DNA of 61,828 nt, counting the filler. It is 4 parts of 4 records of this genome, joined end to end, with 100 filler letters (N's around TTAATTAATTAA, not from the genome) between each part and the next. Parts side by side here need not be neighbours in the genome. Positions count along the whole stretch, not along the records: positions 1 to 24,435 come from DRR723986_3150; 3 more parts are not named here. One strand, written 5' to 3'. How positions within the stretch are numbered: position 1 is the stretch's first letter; every line of letters begins with the position of its first letter. Position numbers and translations under genes: made by a program. Shown piece after piece: positions 11,014 to 21,735 of the stretch. The notes beneath the pieces were generated by a model that was not told the DNA's origin, did not search any database, and saw nothing but the letters and a program-made list of their open reading frames with translations.

Positions 11014-12561
11014 ATGACACGATCTATAGTTGCGTTACTTGCGACAGTCCTTGTCATTTTTACTGGGGTTAAGGTCCTTCCAGTACTTTTCCCGACCTAC
11101 CAAATCCATAATTCGCAAATGACGTTCGACGTGGTCACCAGCCTCCTTCTGGGCATCGCCATATTCAGTCTGGGATATGGCACGTGGGCAACGCGCCGTT
11201 TGCGCAAGGAGCTGAAGGCAAGATCCTCGGCTCATTCCGAAGCCCTGGCCCTTGCCCAGCACGACCCGCTGACCGGGCTGCCAAATCGCCGCCGGCTGCT
11301 GGAGGCCTTTGCCGATCTGACCCGTGAGGTGAAGCCTGACTGCTTTCGTGCCGTAATGATGCTCGACCTCGACGGGTTCAAACCGATCAACGACGTCTAT
11401 GGTCATGCCTTTGGCGACAATCTGCTGCGAAGCTTTGCCGACCGACTGGCCGAAACTCTCGGCAAGGAAGGCATTGTCGCCCGTCTCGGAGGGGACGAAT
11501 TTGCCATCGTCTCCCCTGTGTTCAAGGACAAATCCGAGGCAGCCGGCTTCGCCAGGCGACTGTTGACGCGGATCAACGATCGTTTCGAGTTCGGCGACCG
11601 CCAGATTTCCATCGGCACAGGTATCGGCATCGCCCTCTACCCCCATGACGGCCACGCGGTCACCGAGCTATTGCGCCGGGCCGATATTGCCCTTTACCGG
11701 GCCAAATCCTCGGGGCGCTCGACCTACCGGTTCTTCGAGGTCGACATGGATGCCTCGATCCTGCATCGCACGCTACTGGAACAGCGTCTGCGCCGCGCAA
11801 TTTCGGAACATGAGGTGAAGGCCTATTACCAGCCGATCCTGGACATGGATTCCGGCCGCATCGCAGGCTTCGAAGCCCTTGCACGCTGGACCGATGCCGA
11901 TTTCGGCAAGGTACCGCCGCTGCAGTTCATCCCGATTGCCGAAGACTGCGGCATCATCTCCGAGCTGACCCAGCATCTGCTGGAGGACGCCTGCAAGGTC
12001 GCTACCACCTGGCCGGACGATCTCTACCTGTCCTTCAATCTGTCGCCGGTGCAGTTGCAGGATCCGGCCTTGCCGACCCAGATCAATGCCATCTTGAAGA
12101 AATTCGAATTTCCGCCCAGACGGCTGGTGCTGGAGATCACCGAAACGTCGCTGGTGAAGAACCCGGAATCGGCCAAACGCATCCTGACCGAGCTGACGGA
12201 AGCCGGCATTTCCATTGCGCTCGATGATTTCGGCGCAGGCCATTCCAGCCTGAGCTATCTGCGCGATTTCCCGATCAAGAAGGTCAAGATCGACAAGTCC
12301 TTCACCGAACGCATGCTGGAAGACAAGCAGTGTGCCGCCATCGTCGAGGCCATACTGGTTCTGTCCAAGGGTCTCGACATCGACGCCGTCGCGGAAGGGA
12401 TCGAGGAAAGCGCGGTCCATGACGCGTTGAATTCCAACGGCTGTCACTACGGTCAGGGCTTCCTTTACGCCGCGGCCGTTACTTCAGACGAAGCCTGCAG
12501 CCTGCTGGAATCCCAGGTCGACGGACGGTTTCCCTTCAGCGAGAAGACAGACGCCGCCTGA
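11014..12561 (+). CDS. Membrane-anchored GGDEF-EAL protein (diguanylate cyclase/phosphodiesterase)
   Basis: Two N-terminal TM helices, HDPLTGLPNR, RLGGDEF, FEALARW, LEITE and DDFGAG; no RxxD I-site before GGDEF. Confidence 0.93.
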   Translation: MTRSIVALLATVLVIFTGVKVLPVLFPTYQIHNSQMTFDVVTSLLLGIAIFSLGYGTWATRRLRKELKARSSAHSEALALAQHDPLTGLPNRRRLLEAFADLTREVKPDCFRAVMMLDLDGFKPINDVYGHAFGDNLLRSFADRLAETLGKEGIVARLGGDEFAIVSPVFKDKSEAAGFARRLLTRINDRFEFGDRQISIGTGIGIALYPHDGHAVTELLRRADIALYRAKSSGRSTYRFFEVDMDASILHRTLLEQRLRRAISEHEVKAYYQPILDMDSGRIAGFEALARWTDADFGKVPPLQFIPIAEDCGIISELTQHLLEDACKVATTWPDDLYLSFNLSPVQLQDPALPTQINAILKKFEFPPRRLVLEITETSLVKNPESAKRILTELTEAGISIALDDFGAGHSSLSYLRDFPIKKVKIDKSFTERMLEDKQCAAIVEAILVLSKGLDIDAVAEGIEESAVHDALNSNGCHYGQGFLYAAAVTSDEACSLLESQVDGRFPFSEKTDAA

Positions 12562-12570
12562 CCGCGCCCC

Positions 12571-13797
12571 TCATCCTCCGAGAAACAGAAGGATGATGAC
12601 CGCATTGGCCAGATCCACGAAGAATGCGGACACGAGCGGCAGGATCAGGAATGCCTGGGTTGCCGGGCCAAAGTGTTTGGTGATTGCGGTCATGTTGGCA
12701 ATGGCCGTCGGTGTCGCGCCCAGTGCAAACCCTGCAAAGCCCGCACCCAGCACCGCCGCGTTGTAGTTTCGGCCCATCAACGGATAAAGCGCCAGGATGA
12801 TGAAGGCGGCCGCAACGACGACCTGCGTGAAAAGAATGAGCAACATCGGCCCTGCCAGTCCCGCGATGGTCCAGAGCTGCAGGCTCATGAGTGACATCGT
12901 CAGAAAGATGCCAAGTGCAAGGTCCGACAAGACCGCCAGGGACTTGGACCGGGCTGGCCAGGTCATTTTCGGAAAGACCAGCGGCACGGTGTTTGACAGC
13001 ACGATGCCACAGAAGAGGCAGCAGACGAAGACCGGCAGATCGAGGCCTATTCCCGCGCTCAAGGCTTCCTGAAGCGCGACGCCGAGGCCAATGGCAATAT
13101 TGAGAACCAGCAGCGAGCGCATCAGCCCGGTGTGGGTCACGCTCGTGTCTGCCTCTCGTTCCATCTCAAGGCCGATCATGGGGGCTTCTTCCGGGCGGTT
13201 CGGATCCGGTTTGCCACCCCGTTTTTCGATCAGAAACTTGCCCACCGGACCGCCAAGAAGGCTGGCGGCGATCAAGCCGAGCGTCGCCGTCGCAGCACCG
13301 ATCTCGACCGCCCCTGGAACGCCATAGTCGGTGGCCAGCTTCGGCCCCCACGCAATTGCCGTGCCGTGGCCGCCAACCAGCGAAATGGTGCCTCCAAGAA
13401 GGCCGAACCCTGTGGGCAGACCCAGCGCCGCCGCAATGCCTGAGCCGACAGCATTCTGCAGCAGCATGTAACAGACGGTGAGCATCAGCAGGATCAGAAG
13501 CGGCTTGCCCCCCTTGGCCAGGTCCATGAAGCGGGCGTTCAAGCCGATTGCCGTAAAGAAGCAATACAGCAGGTAATCACGCGACTGCAGGGAGAACCCG
13601 ATTTCCGTTCCAAGCCCCAGGTAGACTACGAGGGACAGGAACGCGACAAGCAGGCCGCCTGATACCGGTTCCGGAATGTTGAACCTGTCCAGAACCAGAA
13701 TCTTCTTGTTCAGCCGCACGCCCAGGAAATAGACGAGGATTGCCAGATTGAAGCTGACAAACTCCGTTAGCGTGATTGTTTCGCCGGCCATCCGCAC
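12571..13797 (-). CDS. gltS: Sodium/glutamate symporter
   Basis: NIPEPVSGGL, GGHGTAIAW and GATPTAIANM motifs. Start is GTG 13797 or ATG 13791. Confidence 0.93.
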   Translation of the reverse strand: MRMAGETITLTEFVSFNLAILVYFLGVRLNKKILVLDRFNIPEPVSGGLLVAFLSLVVYLGLGTEIGFSLQSRDYLLYCFFTAIGLNARFMDLAKGGKPLLILLMLTVCYMLLQNAVGSGIAAALGLPTGFGLLGGTISLVGGHGTAIAWGPKLATDYGVPGAVEIGAATATLGLIAASLLGGPVGKFLIEKRGGKPDPNRPEEAPMIGLEMEREADTSVTHTGLMRSLLVLNIAIGLGVALQEALSAGIGLDLPVFVCCLFCGIVLSNTVPLVFPKMTWPARSKSLAVLSDLALGIFLTMSLMSLQLWTIAGLAGPMLLILFTQVVVAAAFIILALYPLMGRNYNAAVLGAGFAGFALGATPTAIANMTAITKHFGPATQAFLILPLVSAFFVDLANAVIILLFLGG

Positions 13798-13873
13798 CCC
13801 CGCTCCTGCTTGATGCTTCCACTATGCCGTTCGAAGCAGCTTGCGCAAGGCGGAGCTGACGATCCTCAGCTCG

Positions 13874-15820
13874 TTACCAGCCGCCGCCACCGCCACCGCC
13901 GCCACCGCCGCCGGAAAAGCCGCCGGAGGAACCCGACGATCCGGAGCTGGAGGATTTCGGAGCTGGCAGAGACGACTGGAAGGAGCCAGCCATGGAACTT
14001 GCCGTCCGGCCGAGGCTGTCGGACACGTGCCGAGCATCGAAGTGATTGCCGGAGTACCAGCCCGGATGGTAGCTGGCGGCCGCAGCCGCCCCGGCAGCGG
14101 TTGTCAGCCAGGCCTCGAAGGCCTTTGCCCAGGGCTTTTCGACGCCAAGCGCAACGGCGTAGGGCAAAAGCTCCTCGAAATGATCCGTGCTCATATCCGG
14201 AAGCTTTTCCATATTGAGCCGCTCCTTTTCCGCCACGCTCAGATACATCCGAAGACCCTCGATTTCATCGAGAGCCTGGCGGCCGATTGCCGTCGGTGCG
14301 CCGATCAGGAAAAAGAACAGGATGTTGAGGGCAACCAGCGCCACCGCGATGAACGGCAGAACAGGCAAGGAATCCACACCGCCATTCACATGGAAGGCAC
14401 CGAAAGCTGCCCCTGATATTGCGAGACCAAAGACTATGAAGATCAGCGCCATACGCAGTTTCATGCTGGCGAAGCGGAAGATGGCCCTCCCCAGATTGAC
14501 TGAAATGACGGTCGCAAAAACGGAAAAGACCAGAAAGACGATGACGAACCCTTCCTGACCCGGCTGCAGTCCACCGAAAGCCAGCAGCGCGACAATGGTA
14601 ACCAGGCTTAGTATGAACCCGGGAATGAGATAGCCCCTGTTCGCCCTGAAAAAGACGTTTCGGCTCTCCCGCTCGATAGCCGCCCGGAATTTTTTCCCCA
14701 GCGCCTGGATAGAGGTGCCGTTGTCCTTGTTGAGGGTCAACGGACTCCCCCGTCCGCTTAGCCAGTCCTCAAGCGCAGCTTCGCCCCTGGGCAGCCCGAA
14801 GCCCGGGATCTGACCTTCCCGTCCTTTCCGGTTCAGAACCAGAGTTGTATCGCCATCCGTCTCTTCAAGTCGCAAGCGTTTCTTGACCGCGAGGTTGAGG
14901 CAGGCTGCAGACAGGGCTACCCAGCCACCATCCCCGAACCCTCGGTTGACAATGTATTTGGCAAGAGCCGGCGAGATGCCGGAAGGCGGTGAAAACCTCG
15001 GGAAAACAACACCTTCAGAAGGATCCCGGCCAACCATCCACCAGGCTGCGAAATAATAAAGCAGCACCAGCAGCACCCCGGCTCCACCGATCAGCTCCGA
15101 TCTGTAGTCCTCAACGAAATACTCCAGCTGTTCGGCTTCCGTAGGCGCTGCAATTGCGCCTTTCGGAAGGCTGACGTTGATCGACAAGCCTTCGTAAGCC
15201 CCCAGAACTTCGGTTGTCCGAAAGATGACTTCAGAACCCCCCTGGGCGCTTTGTGCCTCAAAGGCATTGCCGGTTTCGCCATAGCCGCCCGTATAGGCCG
15301 TCCATGCGCTGGCTTTCACCCCTTCCGGCAAAACGACCCGCGCAATGGCCTCATCAACGGGGAAGATCCATTCATTGCCTGTCACGTTCCAATAGACCTC
15401 GTCATGGTCTTCAAAGAAACGGATTTGCCGGTTGGTTTCATAGGTGAAGCTGTAGGTGTAATTGCCCGGAGACAGGAAGGTGTATTCATCCCCCACATAG
15501 ATCCGCACACCCCGACCGTTCTCGTTGGTGTGGTAGGAGGCCGGGGCGCCGTCCTGCAGCACCGAGAGCAGCTTGAAGCCGGCCTTGTAGATGCGCCCGT
15601 TTGCACCTTCCACCGCAAGCGGAATATCGCGGAAAATGCCCCGCTTGATCTGATCGCCTTCCGCACGAACGGTAATCGTTTCGGTGACCGTCAGCGTGCC
15701 ATTGCTCGCAACGTCAATGTCGGAAACGAACTTCAAGATGCGTTCGTCTGCTTGCGCGCAAAGTCCGGCAGTCAGCAGGACGAAGACGGCCAGGATGCCC
15801 GCGGAGATCCGGTTCAGCAT
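13874..15820 (-). CDS. DUF2207 domain membrane protein
   Basis: Signal peptide, [36 protein letters not shown], and a Gly/Ser tail ending GGGGGGGW; directly downstream of lemA. Confidence 0.9.
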   Translation of the reverse strand: MLNRISAGILAVFVLLTAGLCAQADERILKFVSDIDVASNGTLTVTETITVRAEGDQIKRGIFRDIPLAVEGANGRIYKAGFKLLSVLQDGAPASYHTNENGRGVRIYVGDEYTFLSPGNYTYSFTYETNRQIRFFEDHDEVYWNVTGNEWIFPVDEAIARVVLPEGVKASAWTAYTGGYGETGNAFEAQSAQGGSEVIFRTTEVLGAYEGLSINVSLPKGAIAAPTEAEQLEYFVEDYRSELIGGAGVLLVLLYYFAAWWMVGRDPSEGVVFPRFSPPSGISPALAKYIVNRGFGDGGWVALSAACLNLAVKKRLRLEETDGDTTLVLNRKGREGQIPGFGLPRGEAALEDWLSGRGSPLTLNKDNGTSIQALGKKFRAAIERESRNVFFRANRGYLIPGFILSLVTIVALLAFGGLQPGQEGFVIVFLVFSVFATVISVNLGRAIFRFASMKLRMALIFIVFGLAISGAAFGAFHVNGGVDSLPVLPFIAVALVALNILFFFLIGAPTAIGRQALDEIEGLRMYLSVAEKERLNMEKLPDMSTDHFEELLPYAVALGVEKPWAKAFEAWLTTAAGAAAAASYHPGWYSGNHFDARHVSDSLGRTASSMAGSFQSSLPAPKSSSSGSSGSSGGFSGGGGGGGGGGGW

Positions 15821-15830
15821 TGCGCGCACC

Positions 15831-16394
15831 TCAGAACTGGACCTTGGGAACCGCGCGGTCAGCCTCGTCTTCGATTTCGAAGTACTCAGCCTTTTCGAAC
15901 TTGAACTGGTTGGCAATCAAATTGGATGGGAAGCTCTCGACCGCAACATTCAGGTTCCGGACCGCGCCATTGTAATAACGGCGCGCCATCTGGATGGCGT
16001 TTTCGATCTCGTCCAGCGAATTGTGAAGGTCGGAAAAGTTCTGACTTGCCTTCAGGTCTGGATAGGCTTCCGCAACTGCAAACAGGCGGCCGAGAGCATG
16101 ACTGAGTTCTCCTTCTGCCTTTGCACGGCCAGCAACGTCATCCTTCGGCACTGCCGAAACTTGCGCGCGCATGCTGGTTACGGCCTCGAGCGCTTCCTTT
16201 TCGTGCGAGGCGTAGCCTTTCACGGTCTCGACAAGGTTGGGAATGAGATTTGCCCGCCGCTTGAGCTGGACATCGATGCCGCTCCAGCCCTCCTCGACCA
16301 TCTGCCGTTTCTTGACAAGTCCGTTGTAAAGAACGATCGCAAAAACAGATAGCGCAATCAGCGCTGCAAGAAAGAACCAGGACAAGACAATCAC
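15831..16394 (-). CDS. lemA: LemA family protein
   Basis: N-terminal [34 protein letters not shown] and ARRYYN. Confidence 0.95.
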   Translation of the reverse strand: MIVLSWFFLAALIALSVFAIVLYNGLVKKRQMVEEGWSGIDVQLKRRANLIPNLVETVKGYASHEKEALEAVTSMRAQVSAVPKDDVAGRAKAEGELSHALGRLFAVAEAYPDLKASQNFSDLHNSLDEIENAIQMARRYYNGAVRNLNVAVESFPSNLIANQFKFEKAEYFEIEDEADRAVPKVQF

Positions 16395-16579
16395 CTCCAG
16401 AAAATGTGTTCTGGAAGCTAACCGGGAGGTGCTGACTTGTCATCTTCTTCAAGCGACCGACGCCTGAATTGAGTCATTCTGTAATCTTCGACACAGGATT
16501 GCAGATAAGCTTGGGCGAGCTTGCCCGAAACGCCTGAACGAAAGGTCGGCCACCAATGTGCGTCTTGCAACTTTGCAGA

Positions 16580-16909
16580 ATGATCCCGGTTCTTGCGGTG
16601 CTGCCGTTGGTGCTGGCAACGCAAGAGGCCCATGCCTCGCTTGCTGACCAGTATCGCTGTTCGAATGGCGATCTGGTCTTTCACGTCATCTTCACCCCAC
16701 AGGAACCGGGGCCCGCGACGCTTTCCGGACCTGTCGGCGGAAAGGCTCCTACGCAAGTCCTGCTTGACCCGGTTCCGGGCGCTTCGGGAAAAAGTTTCGA
16801 GCGGGGAAGCACCCGGTTTTCCGGCAATCGACAGGCAAGCCACCTGGACATCGGCGACATGCACCTCGCCTGTGAACTGGAGCCCGAGCCGGGCTCGGAA
16901 CCCGAGTGA
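16580..16909 (+). CDS. Exported MliC/PliC-like protein (divergent)
   Basis: Signal peptide (AHA), Y-x-C near the start, ASGKSF resembling SASGARY, and a terminal L-x-C. Start 16580 or 16556. Confidence 0.6.
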   Translation: MIPVLAVLPLVLATQEAHASLADQYRCSNGDLVFHVIFTPQEPGPATLSGPVGGKAPTQVLLDPVPGASGKSFERGSTRFSGNRQASHLDIGDMHLACELEPEPGSEPE

Positions 16910-16963
16910 GCCTTCACAGGTTGCTGGTATCGGGCAAATGAACAGCCTGGATATTGCCTGACG

Positions 16964-16986
16964 AAAACGGGGCCAACCTGGCCCCG
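16964..16986 (-). terminator. Intrinsic terminator of glyQ
   Basis: CGGGGCCA-acc-TGGCCCCG hairpin followed on the minus strand by TTTT. Confidence 0.65.
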
Positions 16987-17027
16987 CATTCAATTGAACA
17001 AGAAGATCCGCCTCAAGGCGGAATGCG

Positions 17028-17996
17028 TTATTCCGCAGCCTGGTTGTGATAGCCGACACCGCCGGCTTCCGTTTCCAGGAAGGCAGCGCCGCAGGCCTTG
17101 GCCAGTTCGCGGACACGCAGGATATAGCTCTGGCGCTCGGTCACGGAGATGACGCCGCGCGCGTCGAGCAGGTTGAAGGCATGGCTGGCCTTGATGCACT
17201 GGTCATAGGCCGGCAGCACCACCTGATGGACATTGGCACCGGCAGCTTCACGCGCTTTCGCACCGGCTTCCAGCAGTGAACGGCATTCCGCTTCGGCATC
17301 CTTGAAATGGCGGAACAGCATTTCGGTGTCCGCGTGCTCGAAATTGTGCCGCGAGTATTCCTGCTCGGCCTGCAGGAAAACATCGCCATAGGTGACCTTG
17401 GCATCGCCTTCCATGCCGTTGTAGTTGAGGTCATAGACGTTATCGACGCCCTGAATATACATCGCCAGGCGCTCAAGGCCGTAGGTCAGTTCGCCGGAGA
17501 CGGGCGAGCATTCAAAGCCTGCTACCTGCTGGAAATAGGTGAACTGCGAGACTTCCATGCCATCGCACCAGCATTCCCAGCCGAGGCCCCAGGCCCCCAG
17601 GGTCGGGCTTTCCCAGTCGTCTTCCACAAAGCGGATATCGTGCAGCTTCGGGTCAAGGCCGATCGCGTAGAGCGAATTCAGATAGAGCTCCTGAAGGTTT
17701 GCCGGTGACGGCTTCAGGATCACCTGGAACTGGTAGTAGTGCTGCAGACGGTTCGGGTTCTCACCATAACGGCCGTCGGTCGGGCGGCGCGACGGCTGCA
17801 CATAGGCGGCCCGCCACGGACGCGGGCCGAGTGAACGCAGCGTGGTCGCCGGGTGGAACGTACCGGCGCCGACTTCCATGTCGTAAGGCTGAAGCACAAC
17901 ACAGCCCTGGTCGGCCCAGTAGCGCTGCAGGGTCAGGATCAGGCCTTGAAAGGAGTTTTCCGGCCGCATGTGCGCCGGCAGGGTTTCAGTCGACAT
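17028..17996 (-). CDS. glyQ: Glycine--tRNA ligase alpha subunit
   Basis: [47 protein letters not shown] and ELTYGLERL. Confidence 0.98.
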   Translation of the reverse strand: MSTETLPAHMRPENSFQGLILTLQRYWADQGCVVLQPYDMEVGAGTFHPATTLRSLGPRPWRAAYVQPSRRPTDGRYGENPNRLQHYYQFQVILKPSPANLQELYLNSLYAIGLDPKLHDIRFVEDDWESPTLGAWGLGWECWCDGMEVSQFTYFQQVAGFECSPVSGELTYGLERLAMYIQGVDNVYDLNYNGMEGDAKVTYGDVFLQAEQEYSRHNFEHADTEMLFRHFKDAEAECRSLLEAGAKAREAAGANVHQVVLPAYDQCIKASHAFNLLDARGVISVTERQSYILRVRELAKACGAAFLETEAGGVGYHNQAAE

Positions 17997-18285
17997 GAAG
18001 ATGTTCCGCGAATATGGCTGTGCCCGGCGTGCACGTATCGCCGGTTTGGGCGACAGGTGCCACGATGTCGGGGCAAGGTCAAGGCGAAGCGGGCGTGGCT
18101 GTTTCAGATTGACGGAGCGCCGGCACCAAGGTATCCCTCGCACCGGCTTCAGAATGCCTGCCGCTCGCGGACGACAGTCACGGTGAAATTCTGGTCTTCA
18201 AGACTTTCTGTTCCCCACGCATTTCGCGCTGGTGGCAATGCGAGCCCCTCCTTCCCGATCGAAATGCCCATTGATGGAGAACGGA

Positions 18286-19677
18286 ATGTCTTCCGACATA
18301 TCCCGGCCCAACGCCTATACGCATGGGCCAATCCTTCCGACCCTTGCCAGAACCGCCTTGCCCATCATCCTGGTGATGAGCATGAACGGGTTGCAGACCG
18401 TGGTCGATGCCATATTCCTCGGCCTTTTCGTCGGGCCGGATGCGCTCAGCGCAGTCACGCTGATGTTTCCTGCCTATATGCTGCTTGCGGCGCTGGCGAC
18501 ACTTGTTGCCAGCGGCATGTCCAGCGTGCTTGCCCGCAAACTCGGAGCCGGCCTTCATGCCGATGCCGAAGCGGTTTTTGCCGGCGCCCACGGCCTGGCA
18601 CTTGCCATCGCAGGCATCGTGGTCGCCCTCTTCCTGGGTGTAGGTGACGGCCTCACCCGGGCCGCCGCTGACGGTTCGGCGGATATTGCCGGTATGAGCC
18701 ATACCTACATGGCCATCACGGTTGCCTTCACACCACTGATGTTCGTGCTGTCGGTAAATGCTGACGCGCTGCGCAACGAAGGCCTCGCGGTTGTAATGGC
18801 GGGCTTCAGCCTGCTTGTTTCGCTGGCCAACATCGCCTTCGATTATCTGCTGATCGCGGTCTACGATTACGGGGTTGCCGGAAGTGCGGCCGGAACCGTG
18901 CTGGCACAGGCGATGGCGCTTGCAATCATGCTGGGTCTGAGACTGAGCGGGAAAACGGAATTGTCACCGTCCGCGCTCCTGCGATATCCGCTGACATCTT
19001 TCTGGCGCGATATCCTGATGCTTGGTGCACCTCAGAGCCTGAGCTTCATCGGCATCGCCCTGGGGTCCGCTGCAACCATTGCCGCACTGCAGACGGCCGG
19101 TGCCAGCGGTTACGAGGCAACGGTCGCCGCATTCGGGATCGTTACCCGGGTCATGACCTTCTGCTATTTGCCTCTCCTGGGCCTTGCCCAGGCGCTACAG
19201 TCCATGATCGGAAACAATTTCGGGGCAGGTCTGTGGCATCGCTCGGACAGCACCTTGCGGGCTGGCCTGGTTGTGGCCCTTGTCTACTGCGGCCTTGCGG
19301 AACTCGTGCTCACGCTGTTCTCACACCAGGTCGGCTTCGCATTTGTGAACGATCCAGACGTGGCGGCGGAAGTCGGCCGGATCCTTCCGGTGATAATGGC
19401 GCTCTACTTTGTCGCGGGGCCGCTGTTCATGGTTGCGACCTACTTTCAGGCGCTCGGAGATGCGGCTCGGGCAGCTCTGCTGAGCCTCGCCAAACCCTAT
19501 GCGTTCTTTCTGCCGCTGGTGTTCCTGATGCCGGTCTATTTCGGAGAGGGCGGCATCTGGCTGTCCAGTCCGCTGGCGGAACTGATGCTGCTAGTGGTGA
19601 CGCTGGTCCTGCTCGGGATTACCGCGCGCACCGGGACAGCGCGCTGGGGGCTTTTCCGGGCGGTACCGGCAAATTGA
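18286..19677 (+). CDS. MATE family efflux transporter
   Basis: About 12 TM segments, VDAIFLG, NIAFDYLLI, GVAGSAAGT and GNNFGAG; GGAG RBS before 18286. Confidence 0.92.
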   Translation: MSSDISRPNAYTHGPILPTLARTALPIILVMSMNGLQTVVDAIFLGLFVGPDALSAVTLMFPAYMLLAALATLVASGMSSVLARKLGAGLHADAEAVFAGAHGLALAIAGIVVALFLGVGDGLTRAAADGSADIAGMSHTYMAITVAFTPLMFVLSVNADALRNEGLAVVMAGFSLLVSLANIAFDYLLIAVYDYGVAGSAAGTVLAQAMALAIMLGLRLSGKTELSPSALLRYPLTSFWRDILMLGAPQSLSFIGIALGSAATIAALQTAGASGYEATVAAFGIVTRVMTFCYLPLLGLAQALQSMIGNNFGAGLWHRSDSTLRAGLVVALVYCGLAELVLTLFSHQVGFAFVNDPDVAAEVGRILPVIMALYFVAGPLFMVATYFQALGDAARAALLSLAKPYAFFLPLVFLMPVYFGEGGIWLSSPLAELMLLVVTLVLLGITARTGTARWGLFRAVPAN

Positions 19678-19698
19678 AGCCGCTGAAACAAAGCACCT

Positions 19699-19727
19699 GA
19701 CGGCGGGCGGGCAAACTGCCCGCCGTT
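19699..19727. terminator. Hairpin between convergent genes
   Basis: GACGGCGGGCGG-gcaaa-CTGCCCGCCGTT. Confidence 0.5.
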
Positions 19728-19730
19728 GCG

Positions 19731-19916
19731 TCAGGCTTGCGGACGGTACTTGCCGCTCACCGGGTCAAGCACAAGCTTGGCACCGCGGCCATTGGGATCG
19801 GCTTTTGCAGCTGCCCTGGAAATCTGGTTTTCAACTTCGGCCATCTTGCGCTTCACGCGCTGCACGATCCAGTAACCTCCCACGGCCAATGCGGCGACGC
19901 CTATCAATTCGGTCAT
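19731..19916 (-). CDS. Small single-TM hypothetical protein (61 aa)
   Basis: AAGGGG RBS, N-terminal hydrophobic helix, basic stretch and LVLDPVSGKYRP tail; directly follows the S49 gene. Confidence 0.75.
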   Translation of the reverse strand: MTELIGVAALAVGGYWIVQRVKRKMAEVENQISRAAAKADPNGRGAKLVLDPVSGKYRPQA

Positions 19917-19963
19917 GTTTTTTCCCCTTGCTCACCCGATTTTCACACAGGCATTGTGCCTTT

Positions 19964-20827
19964 TTAAAGGCCGTAGCGCATCCACATTGCCCGTTCCTCG
20001 ACAGAAGAGATCAACTCCTCGCCGACCCCGTCCAGCAGTCGGCCCTTTGCCAGGCCGACACCAAGCCCGGCCTTGCGGCCGAAAAGGCCACGCGGTGCCG
20101 AAATCAATTTCGGCTCGGCCTTGTCACCGTACCGGTCCTTGATCACTTCGCGCAGGTCGCCGATCGCGTCGACCAACCCAAGCTGAACACCGGTGCGCCC
20201 GGTCCAGAACTTGCCCGTGAAAAGATCCGGATCATCTGCGAGCACGTCACCGCGACGCGATTTCACCATGTCGATGAAGGTCTCGTGGATCTCGAGCTGC
20301 AGGCTCTTGATGTATTCGATGTCTTCCGGCACTTCCGGCTGGAAGGGATCGAGCGTCACCTTCTTTTCACCTGCGGTATAAACGCGCCGGTCAACGCCGA
20401 TTTTCTTGATCATCTCTGTGAAGCCGAACCCGGCTGCAACCACACCGATGGAGCCGACGATGGACGACGGATCGACAAAGATCTCGTCCCCTGCGAGCGC
20501 AATCATGTAACCGCCGCTGGCAGCCACATCCTCAACGAAAACCAGAACGTCCTTCTCGTTTTCCTTGGCCAGGTCCCGGATCCGCTTGAAGATGAGCCTC
20601 GACTGAACGGGCGAGCCACCCGGCGAATTGACCACCAGGGCCACCGCCGGTGCTTTCTTCATCGAGAAGGCTTTTTCCAGGGGGATGGACGCGGTCGCCA
20701 GGGACAATCCGGACTTAAGCGGCCCACCGCCACCGATTGCCCCATGCAGGCGCACGACCGGAATGACAGGCTTATCGTTTCGAAAGGGTTTGGGAAGAAA
20801 CCGGCGAAGGGATGAAATCACGCGCAA
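19964..20827 (-). CDS. S49 family peptidase (SppA/SohB-like)
   Basis: NSPGGSP, DVAASGGY and VGSIGV. Start may be GTG 20821. Confidence 0.93.
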   Translation of the reverse strand: MRVISSLRRFLPKPFRNDKPVIPVVRLHGAIGGGGPLKSGLSLATASIPLEKAFSMKKAPAVALVVNSPGGSPVQSRLIFKRIRDLAKENEKDVLVFVEDVAASGGYMIALAGDEIFVDPSSIVGSIGVVAAGFGFTEMIKKIGVDRRVYTAGEKKVTLDPFQPEVPEDIEYIKSLQLEIHETFIDMVKSRRGDVLADDPDLFTGKFWTGRTGVQLGLVDAIGDLREVIKDRYGDKAEPKLISAPRGLFGRKAGLGVGLAKGRLLDGVGEELISSVEERAMWMRYGL

Positions 20828-20939
20828 TAGGCCCTGAAAGAGTTCACAAACTCCATCCGATATATGTACGCAAAGCCCGGTTGCAAAGACTCCAGGCCGT
20901 CAAAACCTTGTCGCACGGTTTAACGCGCCCAAGCGCTGT

Positions 20940-21542
20940 TCAACCACCGAAGGCGCTGATCTTCTTTTTGCGCTTGCGTTTCGGCTTTTCGTCTTCTTCT
21001 TTCATGCGCTCCAGAACGTCTTCCGGTTTGGGCTTGGGCGACGCTTCGAACGGCCAGGTGAGCCTGACACCGGCCTGGTTGTTCTTGCGCCAGACAATCT
21101 CTGCACTGATTGGCAAATCGAGACCGGGAATGGAGACCTCGATGTCATCGGGAAGTCGATCCAGCTTGTCGCCTTCCAGCCGGCATCCGGACCTGCTGGC
21201 ATCAACGATCCGACATCTCATTGTTGCCGAATTGGTCTTGCCGCAAACGATTGCCGTGATCCAGACTTGCCGCCGGATCTCGCGGCGTTTTTCGCCTGAC
21301 GTCTCTCGTTTGGTCTGAAAAGAAATTTGCGCTTGCTGATCGCCAAAGGCAATCACGGTCCCGCGGACCAGTTTGTCGAACCCGGCAAGGCGCAAGCCCA
21401 CCTCCTCCTTCAGGAGGTCAACCCTGTCGGACGCAATCCAACAGCCGTTCTCTGTCAGATCATAGGCCGTTGCTTCGAAACACGACATGTCCGCCAAGTC
21501 GACGACGAGCGCCGAAATGCATTTGTCTGCATCCATCGTCAT
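20940..21542 (-). CDS. Tandem PilZ-domain protein
   Basis: The C-terminal domain has RREIR (RxxxR) and DASRSG; the N-terminal domain has only DLTENG. Confidence 0.8.
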   Translation of the reverse strand: MTMDADKCISALVVDLADMSCFEATAYDLTENGCWIASDRVDLLKEEVGLRLAGFDKLVRGTVIAFGDQQAQISFQTKRETSGEKRREIRRQVWITAIVCGKTNSATMRCRIVDASRSGCRLEGDKLDRLPDDIEVSIPGLDLPISAEIVWRKNNQAGVRLTWPFEASPKPKPEDVLERMKEEDEKPKRKRKKKISAFGG

Positions 21543-21735
21543 GACCGGTTGTTAAAATCACCCAGAGCGTTACACACTCAATGTTGCAACCTGTAGTCTG
21601 AAATCCAAGTTAACGCAAGGTCACTTTCGATCCGAAAAAGAAGGATTTCCCTGAACGTTTCGAACAACCCGCCCGGCGAGGTCGAGAAAACGAAGAAACG
21701 TCTGGATGTTTGCAGGAAACCATGCAGTCCGAAGG

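Noticed and set aside
13874-13960. GCC/ACC-rich tandem repeat
   Set aside because: It simply encodes the Gly/Ser tail typical of DUF2207 proteins.
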